Of a DNA stretch of 64,000 nt, positions 13,108 to 23,096 are shown one piece after another. The stretch is from NCBI GenBank assembly GCA_965223325.1, contig CBDCWI010000001.1, positions 160,001 to 224,000 on the forward strand, read 5' to 3'. The stretch's first letter is position 1. Every line of letters starts with the position of its first letter. The stretch comes from Candidatus Multivoradales bacterium (GTDB lineage Bacteria; Acidobacteriota; Thermoanaerobaculia; Multivoradales; Multivoraceae). The position numbers and the translations under genes were made by a program. The notes beneath the pieces were generated by a model that saw nothing but the letters and a program-made list of their open reading frames with translations, was not told the origin of the DNA and searched no databases.

Positions 13108-15132
13108 TCAAATGCTCGAGGAGCCCGCGTTCGAAGTCTGCGGCGCCGTTTCAGGGGTGGTCCCGGTGTCGTTCTTGCCGTCGTCCTGTTCGAGCTCCGC
13201 GAGCCGGATACTGCGTGAGTAAACGCGGTGGACGGCTTGCACGAGGCCGAGGCGGTTCTGGCGCTGCTCGTCATCATCCGTGCGCACGAGAACCTCGGTC
13301 ATGAACCGTTCGACAACCTCGCCGAGCTCGAGCATCCCGGCGAGCCAACGTTCATGCTCGGGACGAGCACCGGCTGCCGGCGCAGTCACCACCGAGCGAA
13401 TCACCGGGCGCACCCGCTCGAGCGTCTCCCACAGTGCACGCTCGGCCGGCTCCCGCAAGCGAGTAGGGTCGACCTCCCGCTCGGGGGCCTCCCGCAGAAT
13501 CGACACCATCCGTCGCGCGGTCCTCACGACCCGGGCCAATCCTTCGCGGCCGCGCAGGTGGGTCAACAGACCGAGGCGGGCCTCGACGTCGCCAATCAGG
13601 CTGCTACCACCGGCACCGAGCACCGCTTCGACCTCGCCTAGTTGGTAGCCGCGCTCGGCGAGGACCGTTCGCAGAATCCGCGTGCGCAAAGGGCGCAGAT
13701 CCATCAGTACGGCCTCGTCGCTCCTCCTTGCCCCTCGCTGTTGCAGACGAACCGCCCGCGCGGTCGCCAGGTCGAGATCGAGCGGCAGGCGAGTCCGAGA
13801 GAGCGTCTTGATCACTTTGTAGAGCGCCCGCCCGACCTCAGCGTCGTCGGCGCCCTCGAGTTCACGGGTGCTCATCGTGACGGCCCGGGAGGCCACCAGG
13901 TCCAGGGCATTGGCGATCTCGACCACCTGGCGCACGCCGAAGCGTTCAGCATCAACGGCGGCATCAGCGGCCGTCTCGTCGTCGGGCGATTCCGTGGCTC
14001 CTCCCAGGCAGCGCCCGCCGGCGATCGCCCGCCACACCGACTCGGGGTAGCCCTCGTCTCGGGCCATCAAAGCACCAACGACTCCCGCCAACCCGGGGTA
14101 CTCCAGAACGGTCTCGGTCGCCCGATCGGCCGGCGCCATCTGCGCCGCCTCGCGCGCGCGGTCGGCGCGCTCCTGCCATCCAAGATCGCCGCACAGGCTT
14201 TCGGCGAGCGTTGCCACCCGATCGATTCGTTCTCCCCAGGTACCACTACCCACACCGTAGCGACGTGTTCGTAGCTCACGCGCAAAACGCGCCAGAGGCT
14301 CCGAACGATCGCGCGCCCAGAGGACAGCCAGATCCTCGAGGCGTTCGGTGAGCCGCCAGGAGTGACCGAGGCCAATCGCCCCATCGGGATCGTCCGGCCG
14401 GTCGAGAACCACCAGCACGCGATCCAAGAGCTCACCGCCCGCGGACGCGCGCAGTGGAAAGACCTCCAGCCGCTCTTTCAAACAGTGTTCGACCAACACC
14501 TCTGGCAGCCCCCGAAAGACCGGCGGCAGATCGACGGTGATGACCCCTGGGCTTTCGAGACTCCAGACCAGTTCATCAATCAGTGACTCCACGCCGCTCA
14601 GTTCGGCGCCAGCTTCTTTCGCACGCTCCTCGAGAGCGGCAAAGAGCGTCGACCGACGCTCGGCTGGTTGAACCAGAACACCCCGTTCCTCGAGCGCCGA
14701 GAAGTAGTCCTCGGAGGTCGACGGTGAAAAGGGGTCAGGCGACAAGACGGGGTGCCCAATCGAAGTCGCGCCGGTCTCGACTCCCAGAACCCTCGCCTGG
14801 CAGGCCTTTCCATTGACCAGCAGCAACGCCCCGACGGGCTCGAGAACATCCCAATCACCGTGCCGTTTGTTGCCGGCCGACGAGAACGGGGCAAAGGTCG
14901 CGAGAACGGCATCGACGGCGGCCCCAACGACGCGCTCGCCGTCCCTGCCTTCGTCGCTGAGCCGTAGGGCAACCACCAAACGGCGGCAGGTCGCGCCGCT
15001 TCTCCCGCGGTCGCACTGGACACCGGCGGCAAGCAGTTCACGCACCACATGGCCACGCAGGGCCGGGCCGAGCTCCCGGGCACGAGCCCGAGGGAGGCCG
15101 TCGAAGCGAAGCTCGAGCAGAAAGTCGCTCAC
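13108..15132 (-). CDS. glyS: Highly divergent glycyl-tRNA synthetase beta-subunit-like protein
   Basis: DFLLELRFDGLP (cf. FLVEIGTEELP), RRLVV, GHPVL...AERR, RLEDLAVLWARD, D-R-ATETVLEYPGLAG, DEQRQNRLGL; located between glyQ-like and ppdK. Confidence 0.75.
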   Translation of the reverse strand: MSDFLLELRFDGLPRARARELGPALRGHVVRELLAAGVQCDRGRSGATCRRLVVALRLSDEGRDGERVVGAAVDAVLATFAPFSSAGNKRHGDWDVLEPVGALLLVNGKACQARVLGVETGATSIGHPVLSPDPFSPSTSEDYFSALEERGVLVQPAERRSTLFAALEERAKEAGAELSGVESLIDELVWSLESPGVITVDLPPVFRGLPEVLVEHCLKERLEVFPLRASAGGELLDRVLVVLDRPDDPDGAIGLGHSWRLTERLEDLAVLWARDRSEPLARFARELRTRRYGVGSGTWGERIDRVATLAESLCGDLGWQERADRAREAAQMAPADRATETVLEYPGLAGVVGALMARDEGYPESVWRAIAGGRCLGGATESPDDETAADAAVDAERFGVRQVVEIANALDLVASRAVTMSTRELEGADDAEVGRALYKVIKTLSRTRLPLDLDLATARAVRLQQRGARRSDEAVLMDLRPLRTRILRTVLAERGYQLGEVEAVLGAGGSSLIGDVEARLGLLTHLRGREGLARVVRTARRMVSILREAPEREVDPTRLREPAERALWETLERVRPVIRSVVTAPAAGARPEHERWLAGMLELGEVVERFMTEVLVRTDDDEQRQNRLGLVQAVHRVYSRSIRLAELEQDDGKNDTGTTPETAPQTSNAGSSSI

Positions 15133-16004
15133 CGGGAGCCCGCCTTTTCTCTGCGGCGACGCGCCTCGGCCACAATTCGCAGCAGCAGCTCGCGCACCGC
15201 GTCGGCCGGGGCCTCGGGAACCGGACTCGAGCCCAGACCTGGGGCTTCGAGCAGGCTGAGGTCTCGGTAGGCCTCGAGCAGGCGACGGTAGGCGAGATGG
15301 ACCGCTCCCGCGTCGAGCGCCAGTTCTGCGTCTTCGAGCGTCGCCCGCGCCAATTCCATGAAGCGTGCCTCGCCAACTACCGCGGCGTGGTAACCACGCA
15401 GGTCGGCATCGGCGTCCCCTCGAACCGCCTGCCAGGAAGTATCGGGTGCCCATTGCAACTCGGCCAGGGTTGCGGCCCCCTGACAGAGACGCGCCAGCGA
15501 TTCGAGCCGCAAAACGACTTCGGCGAGGACCGCACCCGAGCCGAGGCCGGCGAGCCGATCGACAATCGCCAGCCGGCCGAGGTTGAGGCCATTGACGCGC
15601 AGTCTGTGCCCGCGGGCACGAATGTCATGGCTGGGAAGCTCGAGAGCCAGGTCTTCGAGGCGAACGTCCATGCCCGATTGGCACAAGCCGGTCTTCTCGA
15701 GCACCTCGATCACCTCCACCAGGAGGCCGCGCTCGGGAACCGGGCGGAGGATGGCCTGGCAAACCAGCTCCGAGGCCGGTCGACCCCCGAGCAGGCGAGT
15801 ACGCCCAGGCAAGCGCGCGATCGTCTGCACCTGAACGCTTGCGGAATGGTCGCTGCCGAGCAGGAGGTCGGGCGACATCAGACTGTCGGGCAGTGCCAGC
15901 TCGGGCGACGGCAGCACAACGGCTCCCGCTCCGCGCCAGTGCTCGAGCAGAACCAGCAGCAGGTCTTCGGCAACCCGCGATGGAGCACTGGCATCGACCC
16001 TCAT
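15129..16004 (-). CDS. glyQ: Degenerate glycyl-tRNA synthetase alpha-subunit-like protein, catalytic motifs lost
   Basis: 291 aa; scaffold matches GlyQ (DLLLVLLEHW..G, QAILRPVP, DVR, NG, E...LESLA...QG...LQW, AY..LLEA) and recO-glyQ-glyS-ppdK synteny is kept. Confidence 0.7.
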   Translation of the reverse strand: MRVDASAPSRVAEDLLLVLLEHWRGAGAVVLPSPELALPDSLMSPDLLLGSDHSASVQVQTIARLPGRTRLLGGRPASELVCQAILRPVPERGLLVEVIEVLEKTGLCQSGMDVRLEDLALELPSHDIRARGHRLRVNGLNLGRLAIVDRLAGLGSGAVLAEVVLRLESLARLCQGAATLAELQWAPDTSWQAVRGDADADLRGYHAAVVGEARFMELARATLEDAELALDAGAVHLAYRRLLEAYRDLSLLEAPGLGSSPVPEAPADAVRELLLRIVAEARRRREKAGSR

Positions 16005-16762
16005 CGCCCCACCTCGGCCAGGGTCCGCTGCATCACGCGATAGCTGCGCAGCTCATGTTGCAGGAAGTAGCGCCTCACGGAAGCCGAAAGAGACTCGAGA
16101 GCCCGCAGAGTGCACGCATCAGGTGGTGTCGTCGAAATCTCGGAGAGCGACTGGCGAGACACCTGCAAGAGTGCGTGCAACACGCTCACGTCGATGCGCT
16201 CGCCCCCTTGACCGCGGGCACAGTCTGGACACACCAGACTGTCACCTCCCTCTGGTAGGACCGCACCGCGACCATCGAAATCTCCAAGACAGACCGGACA
16301 CTGACGAGGCGGGGGGAAGATCCCCCCCAGCCTGAGAACCCAGACCTCGACATAGCGCGCCACGAGACCAGGGTCGATCCCCGCTTCGAGCGCAACCACC
16401 GCACTCTCGAGGAGTCGCAACATATGGGGTGCCGGTTGGTTCTCCTGCGCGAAGGCTGCGATGTGCTCGGCCAGGTAGGTGCCCACCAGGATGCGTTCGA
16501 GATCGTGATGAAGGGCCGCCGGGGCGCGCTCCATCGCCACGTCTTCGATGCGCACTAGATCTCGACCGGGTTTCTCGAACCACGTCAAGCCAACTCGAGC
16601 GAGCGGTTGCAGCTGGCCGGCATAGCGGCTGTACTTGCGCCGCGCGCCTCGCGCGACCCCGCGCTTCAAACCGTGTTCGGCGGTGAGAAAGGCAACGATG
16701 CGGTCACCGTCATGCAGGTCTTGAACGTCGAGCAGGAGAGCCGTGGCATGCAGCCGCTTCAC
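16001..16762 (-). CDS. recO: DNA repair protein RecO
   Basis: DRIVAFLTAEHG..RGVARGAR, LQPL, zinc finger CPVC...CPDC; GTG start overlaps the mgtE stop. Confidence 0.92.
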   Translation of the reverse strand: MKRLHATALLLDVQDLHDGDRIVAFLTAEHGLKRGVARGARRKYSRYAGQLQPLARVGLTWFEKPGRDLVRIEDVAMERAPAALHHDLERILVGTYLAEHIAAFAQENQPAPHMLRLLESAVVALEAGIDPGLVARYVEVWVLRLGGIFPPPRQCPVCLGDFDGRGAVLPEGGDSLVCPDCARGQGGERIDVSVLHALLQVSRQSLSEISTTPPDACTLRALESLSASVRRYFLQHELRSYRVMQRTLAEVGR

Positions 16763-18189
16763 AGCACCATCCATTGAATCAAGAACGCCGCGGTCATGAA
16801 GTAGACCAGGAGCCCGATGATGTCGCACGAGGTGGTGACCATGGGCCCTGAAGCAACCGCCGGGTCGATTCCCAGGCGCTCGAAGAGGAGCGGCACCATT
16901 GCGCCATTGAGCGACGCCAGAAAGACCGCCGAGAAGAGCGCCACCGCCACGACGACTCCGTAGGTAACGTGCGCTCGTTCTGGAACCAGAACCGGCATGA
17001 GGACGACCGCCAGGGTGCCGGCGAGAAGCGCGAAGATGCTCCCCAGCATGGCTCCAACCTGGGCCTGTTGCATCAGGAACTGGCGCGCTCGTCCCTGCGG
17101 GCCGACCAAGCGACCGGTGGCGAGACCGCGGACTGCAATCGTCGACGTCTGACTTCCCGCGTTGCCTCCCATGCCCATGATGATGGGTACAAACATCAAC
17201 AGGAAGAAAGCCTCGCGGGTCGAGATGCCGAGGTGGTCGACCAGGAGGCCTTCGGAGCGCTCGATCAACAAGCCGCCCAGAAACAAGCCGACGAAGTTGA
17301 CCAGCAACCAGGGCAGACGAATGCGCGCAACCCGCAGCGAGCGACCCTCATAGATGAGCTCGTCGTTCGACGACCCGACCATCTTGAAGAGGTCCTCTTC
17401 CATCTCGTAGTTGACGACCGTAATCACGTCATCGATCGTGATGACGCCCATCAGGTGGTTCTCGATGTCGGTGACCGGAACCGCCAGCAGGTCGTAGCGC
17501 GAGGCCAGGCGGGCAACCTCCTCCTGGTCGGTGTCGGTGGTGACCTTGATCACCGAGCGGTTCATCAGCTCCTCGAGCTTCCTGCCCTGCTTGGCCAGGA
17601 GGAGCTCGCGCAACGAGATCACGCCGGTGAGCTGACCGCCTTCACCGACGACGTAGAGATAGAAGATCATCTCGAACTCTTCGCCGATGCTCTGAATGGT
17701 CTCGATCGCCTGCTGCACGGTCGCATCTTCGTGCAGGCTGAAGACCTCGGTCGACATCAGGCGTCCCGCCGTGTCCTCGGCATAGGTCAGCTGCTCGACC
17801 AGCTCCGGGTTCTCACGCACCTGCTGAATGGAGAGCACCTGCTCGGCGAGCTCGCCGGGCAGCGACTCGACGACCGCCACCCGGTCGTCGACCGGCATCG
17901 AGTCGAGGATCTTGCCAATCTTCTTCGGCTCGAGGCGTTCGAGAATCTCGACCCGGAGGCCCTGCGACATCTCGACGAACACCTCGCCGATCGCCTCAGG
18001 GTAGTCGCCAAGCCCGGTGTCGACGACGAAGTCCTGCTCGTGAGGCGTGAGGCCTTCGAGCAGCACGGCGACGTCCTCCGGGCGCACTTTGCCCAGGATT
18101 CGCGACAGATTGCGGCGGGCTGAGCGACGGATCAGGCGCCGAATCGTCGGCTGGAGACGCGCCGCATGCTGGTTGCTCTCAGGCGGCAT
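16759..18189 (-). CDS. mgtE: Magnesium transporter MgtE
   Basis: TAGRLM CBS pair, RIRLPWL, GMGGNAGSQ, IDPAVASGPMVTTSCD. Confidence 0.95.
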   Translation of the reverse strand: MPPESNQHAARLQPTIRRLIRRSARRNLSRILGKVRPEDVAVLLEGLTPHEQDFVVDTGLGDYPEAIGEVFVEMSQGLRVEILERLEPKKIGKILDSMPVDDRVAVVESLPGELAEQVLSIQQVRENPELVEQLTYAEDTAGRLMSTEVFSLHEDATVQQAIETIQSIGEEFEMIFYLYVVGEGGQLTGVISLRELLLAKQGRKLEELMNRSVIKVTTDTDQEEVARLASRYDLLAVPVTDIENHLMGVITIDDVITVVNYEMEEDLFKMVGSSNDELIYEGRSLRVARIRLPWLLVNFVGLFLGGLLIERSEGLLVDHLGISTREAFFLLMFVPIIMGMGGNAGSQTSTIAVRGLATGRLVGPQGRARQFLMQQAQVGAMLGSIFALLAGTLAVVLMPVLVPERAHVTYGVVVAVALFSAVFLASLNGAMVPLLFERLGIDPAVASGPMVTTSCDIIGLLVYFMTAAFLIQWMVL

Positions 18190-18212
18190 GGGAGCGTCGA
18201 TCGTAACACCGC

Positions 18213-19145
18213 TCAGAAGGCTGAAAGCCCCCGATCGAGCTCGTTGAGCACCGTACTCTTCTCGCGCCAGCCGGGCTCATGACGCACGTGCAGGTCGAGA
18301 TGGACCTTGCGCTCGAGAAACTCCTCCAGATCCTTCCGCGCAGCGATTCCGATCTCTTTGATGCCGCGACCGCCGGCGCCGATGACGATCTTCTTGTGGC
18401 TGGGCTTCTCGACCAGAATGCTCGCTGCGATCAGGAGTCGACCGGGTCGATCGCCATCGCCCTCCTGCGCCTGCCAGCCCTCCACTGCAACCGCAGTCGT
18501 ATACGGCAGCTCGGCGTGGGTGCGCTCGAGGACCTTCTCTCGGATGCGCTCGGCGACCAGGAAGCGCTCGGTATGCACCGTCAGAAGCGCAGGATCGTAA
18601 AGCGGCTCACCGACGGGCAGGTGCTTCCAGAGCGTCTGAAGGACGATCTCGGTGCCGTCCTTCTCGAGGGCGCTCGTCGGAATGATGTCCTCGAAGAAGC
18701 CGCTGGAGTCGTAGCGCTCGATCTCCGGCAGAATCTTCGACTTCTTCATCCGGTCGATCTTGTTCAAGACGACGATGCGGGGCGCCTCGATCTTTTCGAG
18801 ACTCGCCAGCGCGTAGCGGTCACCGTTACCGAACGGCTGACTGGCGTCACGTACCAGGCACACCACATCGGCGCCACGGAGGGCATCGGTCGCCGCCTGC
18901 ATCATGCGTCGGTTCATGCGGAACAACGGCTTGTGAATGCCGGGGGTGTCCCAGAACACCATCTGCCCATGGTCCTCCGAGAGAATGCCAACGATGCGGT
19001 GGCGCGTCGTCTGCGGTTTGTTCGAGACGATCGCCAGCTTCTCGCGCAACATGGCGTTCATCAACGTCGACTTGCCGGCGTTGGGACGCCCCACGAGCGC
19101 TACGGTCCCCGACTTCTTCTGGTGACTGTCGTTGTCGTCGTTCAC
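18213..19145 (-). CDS. era: GTPase Era
   Basis: GRPNAGKSTL, KPQTTR, DTPG, NKID, ELPY, KH domain VIGAGG. Confidence 0.96.
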   Translation of the reverse strand: MNDDNDSHQKKSGTVALVGRPNAGKSTLMNAMLREKLAIVSNKPQTTRHRIVGILSEDHGQMVFWDTPGIHKPLFRMNRRMMQAATDALRGADVVCLVRDASQPFGNGDRYALASLEKIEAPRIVVLNKIDRMKKSKILPEIERYDSSGFFEDIIPTSALEKDGTEIVLQTLWKHLPVGEPLYDPALLTVHTERFLVAERIREKVLERTHAELPYTTAVAVEGWQAQEGDGDRPGRLLIAASILVEKPSHKKIVIGAGGRGIKEIGIAARKDLEEFLERKVHLDLHVRHEPGWREKSTVLNELDRGLSAF

Positions 19146-19639
19146 GTTCGTTCTCGAACCTTCTCCACCGGCAGTCCGAACTCCCGCCGCAAGATCGCTT
19201 CCTGATGGTCCATTTCGCCGTTGTCGGTCTCGTGATCGTAGCCGAGGCAGTGCAAGACTCCGTGGAGAAGCAAGGTCTCGAGCTCGCGAGCCGCCCGGTG
19301 ACCGCGCTCCTCGGCCTGGCGGCGCGCGTAGGGGACTGCGATGACCACGTCGCCCCAGTGCGCGAGCTCGGCATCATGAGCTGCGCTCCCTTGATCAGCG
19401 GTCAGATCTCCCGGGAATGAAAGCACGTCGGTTGGCCGATCGATCTGGCGGTAGCTCTTGCTGAGCCGCTGCATCTCTCGGTCGCTCACAAACCGTACGC
19501 CGAGCGACATACCCACCGACGAAGGTGGAGCGATCCCTCGCTCCCTGAGCACCTCCACCAAGCGCTCGAGAAACGGGCGCACCGAGCTCGCCCTTGCTTC
19601 CGGGTAGCGGTTCGGGTTCTGGAGGACGATCTCGATCAC
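19142..19639 (-). CDS. ybeY: rRNA maturation endoribonuclease YbeY
   Basis: PTDVLSF, GDVVI, HGVLHCLGYDH. Confidence 0.95.
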   Translation of the reverse strand: MIEIVLQNPNRYPEARASSVRPFLERLVEVLRERGIAPPSSVGMSLGVRFVSDREMQRLSKSYRQIDRPTDVLSFPGDLTADQGSAAHDAELAHWGDVVIAVPYARRQAEERGHRAARELETLLLHGVLHCLGYDHETDNGEMDHQEAILRREFGLPVEKVRERT

Positions 19640-22038
19640 ACGGCGCGGAAACGGTCGCGTTGTTTGTTGAAATCGAAGCCCGGGTACTCCACCCGCTTGT
19701 GGTAGATCGACTCGAGCACCCGGCAGAACCCGGCCTTGACGCGCGCCAGGTCATGCAGGGTGAGATCGCAGTCATCGAACTGGTGGTCGGCCAGACAGTC
19801 CTCGAGAATCTCGTCGATCAGGGCCTTGATTCGGGCCGGATTCGGGTCGCGCAGCACGCGGCTCGCCGCTTCGACACCGTCGGCAAACATCAACACCCCC
19901 ATCTCGCGCGACTGAGGTTTTGGGCCCGGATAACGAAAGTCTGATTCGACGACTCCGCCACCGTCGTCGCCCTGCTGTTCGAGTGCGCGCTTGTAGAAGA
20001 AGTTCAGCTTGCGAGTGCCGTGGTGTTCTCGCACCGCGTCGATGATCGGTTCGGGAAGACGGTACTCCTGAGCCAGGTCGGCACCTTCTTTGACGTGATT
20101 GATGACGATTAGCGAACTCATCGACGGCGTGAGCTTGTCGTGCGGGTTCTCGCGTCCCTGGTTCTCGACGAAGTACTGGGCGCGCAGCATCTTGCCGATG
20201 TCGTGGTAGAGGCCCGCCGTATAGGCGAGCGCCGAGTTGGCCGAGATCTCGTCACACCCGACCTTGGCGAGGTTGGCGACCATCAGAGAATGCTGGAAGG
20301 TACCGGGGGCTTCGAAGGCCAACCGCCGGAGGAGAGGCAGGTTGGTGTCGGAGAGCTCGACCAGCCGAATGTCGGTTGTCACCGCCAGAACGTTCTCGAG
20401 GATCGGTAGCAGGAAGCTGGCCACCGCGGCCACCAGAATGCCGCCGATGAAGCCGCATAGAGCAGCAAACGCAACCCCGGCCACGGTCACTTCTTCGGGC
20501 GGGTCGAGAGCCTGCAGCATGCCGATCGCGCCGATGTTCGCCAGGCCGACCATCAAGCCTGCCCGGGTCACAGCCGAACGTTCCTTCAGGCGATCAAGCG
20601 AGAAGATGGCAGCCAGCGACCCGATGAGCATGAAGCAAGTCGGCCACCACGCATCGGCACCGACCATGCGCCCGGCCACCAGCGAGAAGCCGATCGCCGT
20701 CACCAGCGCCAGGCCGCGCCCGTAGAACAACGACACCATCAAGGCCAACGCAGCGAAGGGAATCCCAAAGAGATAGCTCAGCTGGTCGTCAAACGGCGCA
20801 GTCTCGAAGGCTGCACCGAGGGCTTGCGCAATGACGGTCGCAATGGTCACCGAAACCATCGCGCCGATCAGCAACAAGACGAGCCCGCCAAACGTCGAAG
20901 CACCGACCCGCCGACGTGAGCGCTCGAACGAGATCCCGAGATGCAGGAGACCGACCAACCCCAACAGCAGGAGCAGATTGCCAACCAGCGACGCGACCCA
21001 GGCAAAACGCGGCCGGTTCCCGCCGAGCTCTTCGATCGCCGCCACCGTCGCGACGTCGACTTCGTCACCCTTGCGCACCAGAACCTGACCTTCGCGAATC
21101 TGCTTGAAGACTTGCTCCGCCGACTCGGCGGCCTGATCGCGGCGCGCGGCTGTTTCGGTGCGGTTCAAGTAGACATTTGGCTGCAGGTTGGCGAGCAGGA
21201 GCCGTTCGAGCACCGCTCGTTCGGCCGCTGGAAAGCCGCTCCAACGCCGCATCTCGCCCTTGAGCCAGTTGCTCGCCTCTTCGCCGGCACCGACATAGCC
21301 GTAGAGGTCGAGCCGTACCCGTTCGCCCTCTGATTGCCGGTCCCTGAGGGTGATGCCGTGCAGGCGGTTCTCGAGCAGCGAGCGCTTGTCGTCGACCACG
21401 CCGATGCGCAGCAGCGAACCGTAAAGTCCCCGCACGCGGTCTTCCAGTTCGAGAACGAACCGTCGATTGATCAAGAGGTCGAGCGCCTCGTCACTCAGCT
21501 CGAGCGAAGTCGAGCCGGCCAGCCGATCGCGCCCACTCGGTTCGACCGTTCCGTCCTCGTCGCCGAGGTTGAGCGAGTCGGCATCGGCTTCTTCAATGTC
21601 GTCAGGAATTGCATCGCGTTCTTCGACGTAGCGCCGGCCCGCCGCGAACAAACGTGCCCATTGTTCATCGAGCTGGCCGGAGAGAGTCGAATCGAAGTCA
21701 TAGATCGGCAGGACGTTCTGGCGGGCGGTCTCGCGCGCCCTGTCGGTCGCCTCGACGTCGAGCACGAGAACGTCACGCGACGCCAGCCAGTCGCGGGCCG
21801 CGATGTCACCCACTTCGAGAGGCGGTGCCATCAACCCCTGCTCGCGCGGCATGAGCAGGAGTGAGCCGATGACGACGAGAATCGCCGCCCATACCCATTG
21901 ACGGGAGAGAAACCGCTGCCAGACGGCCCGTGCGCCGGTCATCTCACCGCGCCGGCGGCCACGCTTCAGGTCAATCCGGGCCGAGGTGCGCAGCTCGGGC
22001 GAGGACCCGGTTGAACTCCCTGGTCTCTCGCGACTCAT
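19636..22038 (-). CDS. 7TM-HD (HDIG) phosphohydrolase, PgpH/YqfF-like
   Basis: Extracellular domain plus multiple TM segments, APGTFQHS, YHDIGK, EHHGT, FRYPGPKP, ADGVEAASR; between phoH and ybeY. Confidence 0.9.
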   Translation of the reverse strand: MSRERPGSSTGSSPELRTSARIDLKRGRRRGEMTGARAVWQRFLSRQWVWAAILVVIGSLLLMPREQGLMAPPLEVGDIAARDWLASRDVLVLDVEATDRARETARQNVLPIYDFDSTLSGQLDEQWARLFAAGRRYVEERDAIPDDIEEADADSLNLGDEDGTVEPSGRDRLAGSTSLELSDEALDLLINRRFVLELEDRVRGLYGSLLRIGVVDDKRSLLENRLHGITLRDRQSEGERVRLDLYGYVGAGEEASNWLKGEMRRWSGFPAAERAVLERLLLANLQPNVYLNRTETAARRDQAAESAEQVFKQIREGQVLVRKGDEVDVATVAAIEELGGNRPRFAWVASLVGNLLLLLGLVGLLHLGISFERSRRRVGASTFGGLVLLLIGAMVSVTIATVIAQALGAAFETAPFDDQLSYLFGIPFAALALMVSLFYGRGLALVTAIGFSLVAGRMVGADAWWPTCFMLIGSLAAIFSLDRLKERSAVTRAGLMVGLANIGAIGMLQALDPPEEVTVAGVAFAALCGFIGGILVAAVASFLLPILENVLAVTTDIRLVELSDTNLPLLRRLAFEAPGTFQHSLMVANLAKVGCDEISANSALAYTAGLYHDIGKMLRAQYFVENQGRENPHDKLTPSMSSLIVINHVKEGADLAQEYRLPEPIIDAVREHHGTRKLNFFYKRALEQQGDDGGGVVESDFRYPGPKPQSREMGVLMFADGVEAASRVLRDPNPARIKALIDEILEDCLADHQFDDCDLTLHDLARVKAGFCRVLESIYHKRVEYPGFDFNKQRDRFRAV

Positions 22039-23096
22039 CGGGTTTCCTCCCCGCTACTCGTGGCTTCGCCTGAACGCTCTTCGTCGGCGCGCTGGTCTTC
22101 TTCCCAGAGGGCGTAGGCTGAAACGATGCGCTGCACGAGCTCGTGACGGACGACGTCACGGCCACCGAAGTGCACGAAAGCGATGCCGTCTGTGCGCGCC
22201 AGGATCGTTTGCGCCTGACGCAGTCCCGATTTGCGGCCGCTCGGCAGATCGACCTGGGTGATATCGCCGTTGACCACCGCGCGCGAGCGGAAGCCGATGC
22301 GCGTCAGGAACATCTTCATCTGCTCGGGAGTGGTGTTCTGCGCCTCGTCGAGGATGATGAAGGCGTCGTTCAGGGTACGCCCGCGCATGAACGCCAGAGG
22401 TGCCACCTCGATCACTTCGCGCTCCATCATGCGGGTTACCCGATCGAAACCGAGAATGTCGTACAAAGCGTCATAGAGCGGGCGCAGGTAGGGGTTGACC
22501 TTGTCTGCTAGATCGCCCGGTAGAAAGCCCAACTTCTCACCCGCCTCGACTGCCGGTCGGGCGAGCACGATCCGACGGACCTTCTTCTCCTGCAGCGCCG
22601 CAGCGGCCATCGCCACCGCGAGATACGTCTTGCCCGTGCCCGCGGGTCCGACCGAAATCACCAGGTCATGGTCGAGCATGGCGCGGATGTAGCGCTTCTG
22701 GTTCAGACTGCGGGGTTGCACCAGGCGCGTGGCCGCCGCCATCAGCCCGTCGTCGACAAAGAAATCGACCAGCGAGGCCTTGGGATCCTCCCGCAACACC
22801 CGGATTGCGGTCATCACCTCACTGCCCCGCACACGCTGCCCGCGTGAGATGACTTCACCCAGACCGTTGAACAGACGCCTCGCAACCGCCACATCTTCGG
22901 GATCACCCTCGAGATGAACCGCGTCACCACGCACCCCGATGCCGACCCCAAACGACTGCTCGATGCGCCGCAGGTTTTCGTCGTGAGTGCCGCATATCGT
23001 TCGCACCACGCTCTCAGGAAGCGCGACCGGTCCGCTTGCGTTCGACTCCTCGGAAGTCGCGCCGGCCGTCACCTCGATGGTTTCCGATTCCGTCAT
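22035..23096 (-). CDS. phoH: PhoH-family ATPase
   Basis: GPAGTGKTYLA, RPAVEAGEKLGFLPG, LAFMRGRTL, DEAQN, VVRH. Confidence 0.95.
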   Translation of the reverse strand: MTESETIEVTAGATSEESNASGPVALPESVVRTICGTHDENLRRIEQSFGVGIGVRGDAVHLEGDPEDVAVARRLFNGLGEVISRGQRVRGSEVMTAIRVLREDPKASLVDFFVDDGLMAAATRLVQPRSLNQKRYIRAMLDHDLVISVGPAGTGKTYLAVAMAAAALQEKKVRRIVLARPAVEAGEKLGFLPGDLADKVNPYLRPLYDALYDILGFDRVTRMMEREVIEVAPLAFMRGRTLNDAFIILDEAQNTTPEQMKMFLTRIGFRSRAVVNGDITQVDLPSGRKSGLRQAQTILARTDGIAFVHFGGRDVVRHELVQRIVSAYALWEEDQRADEERSGEATSSGEETR

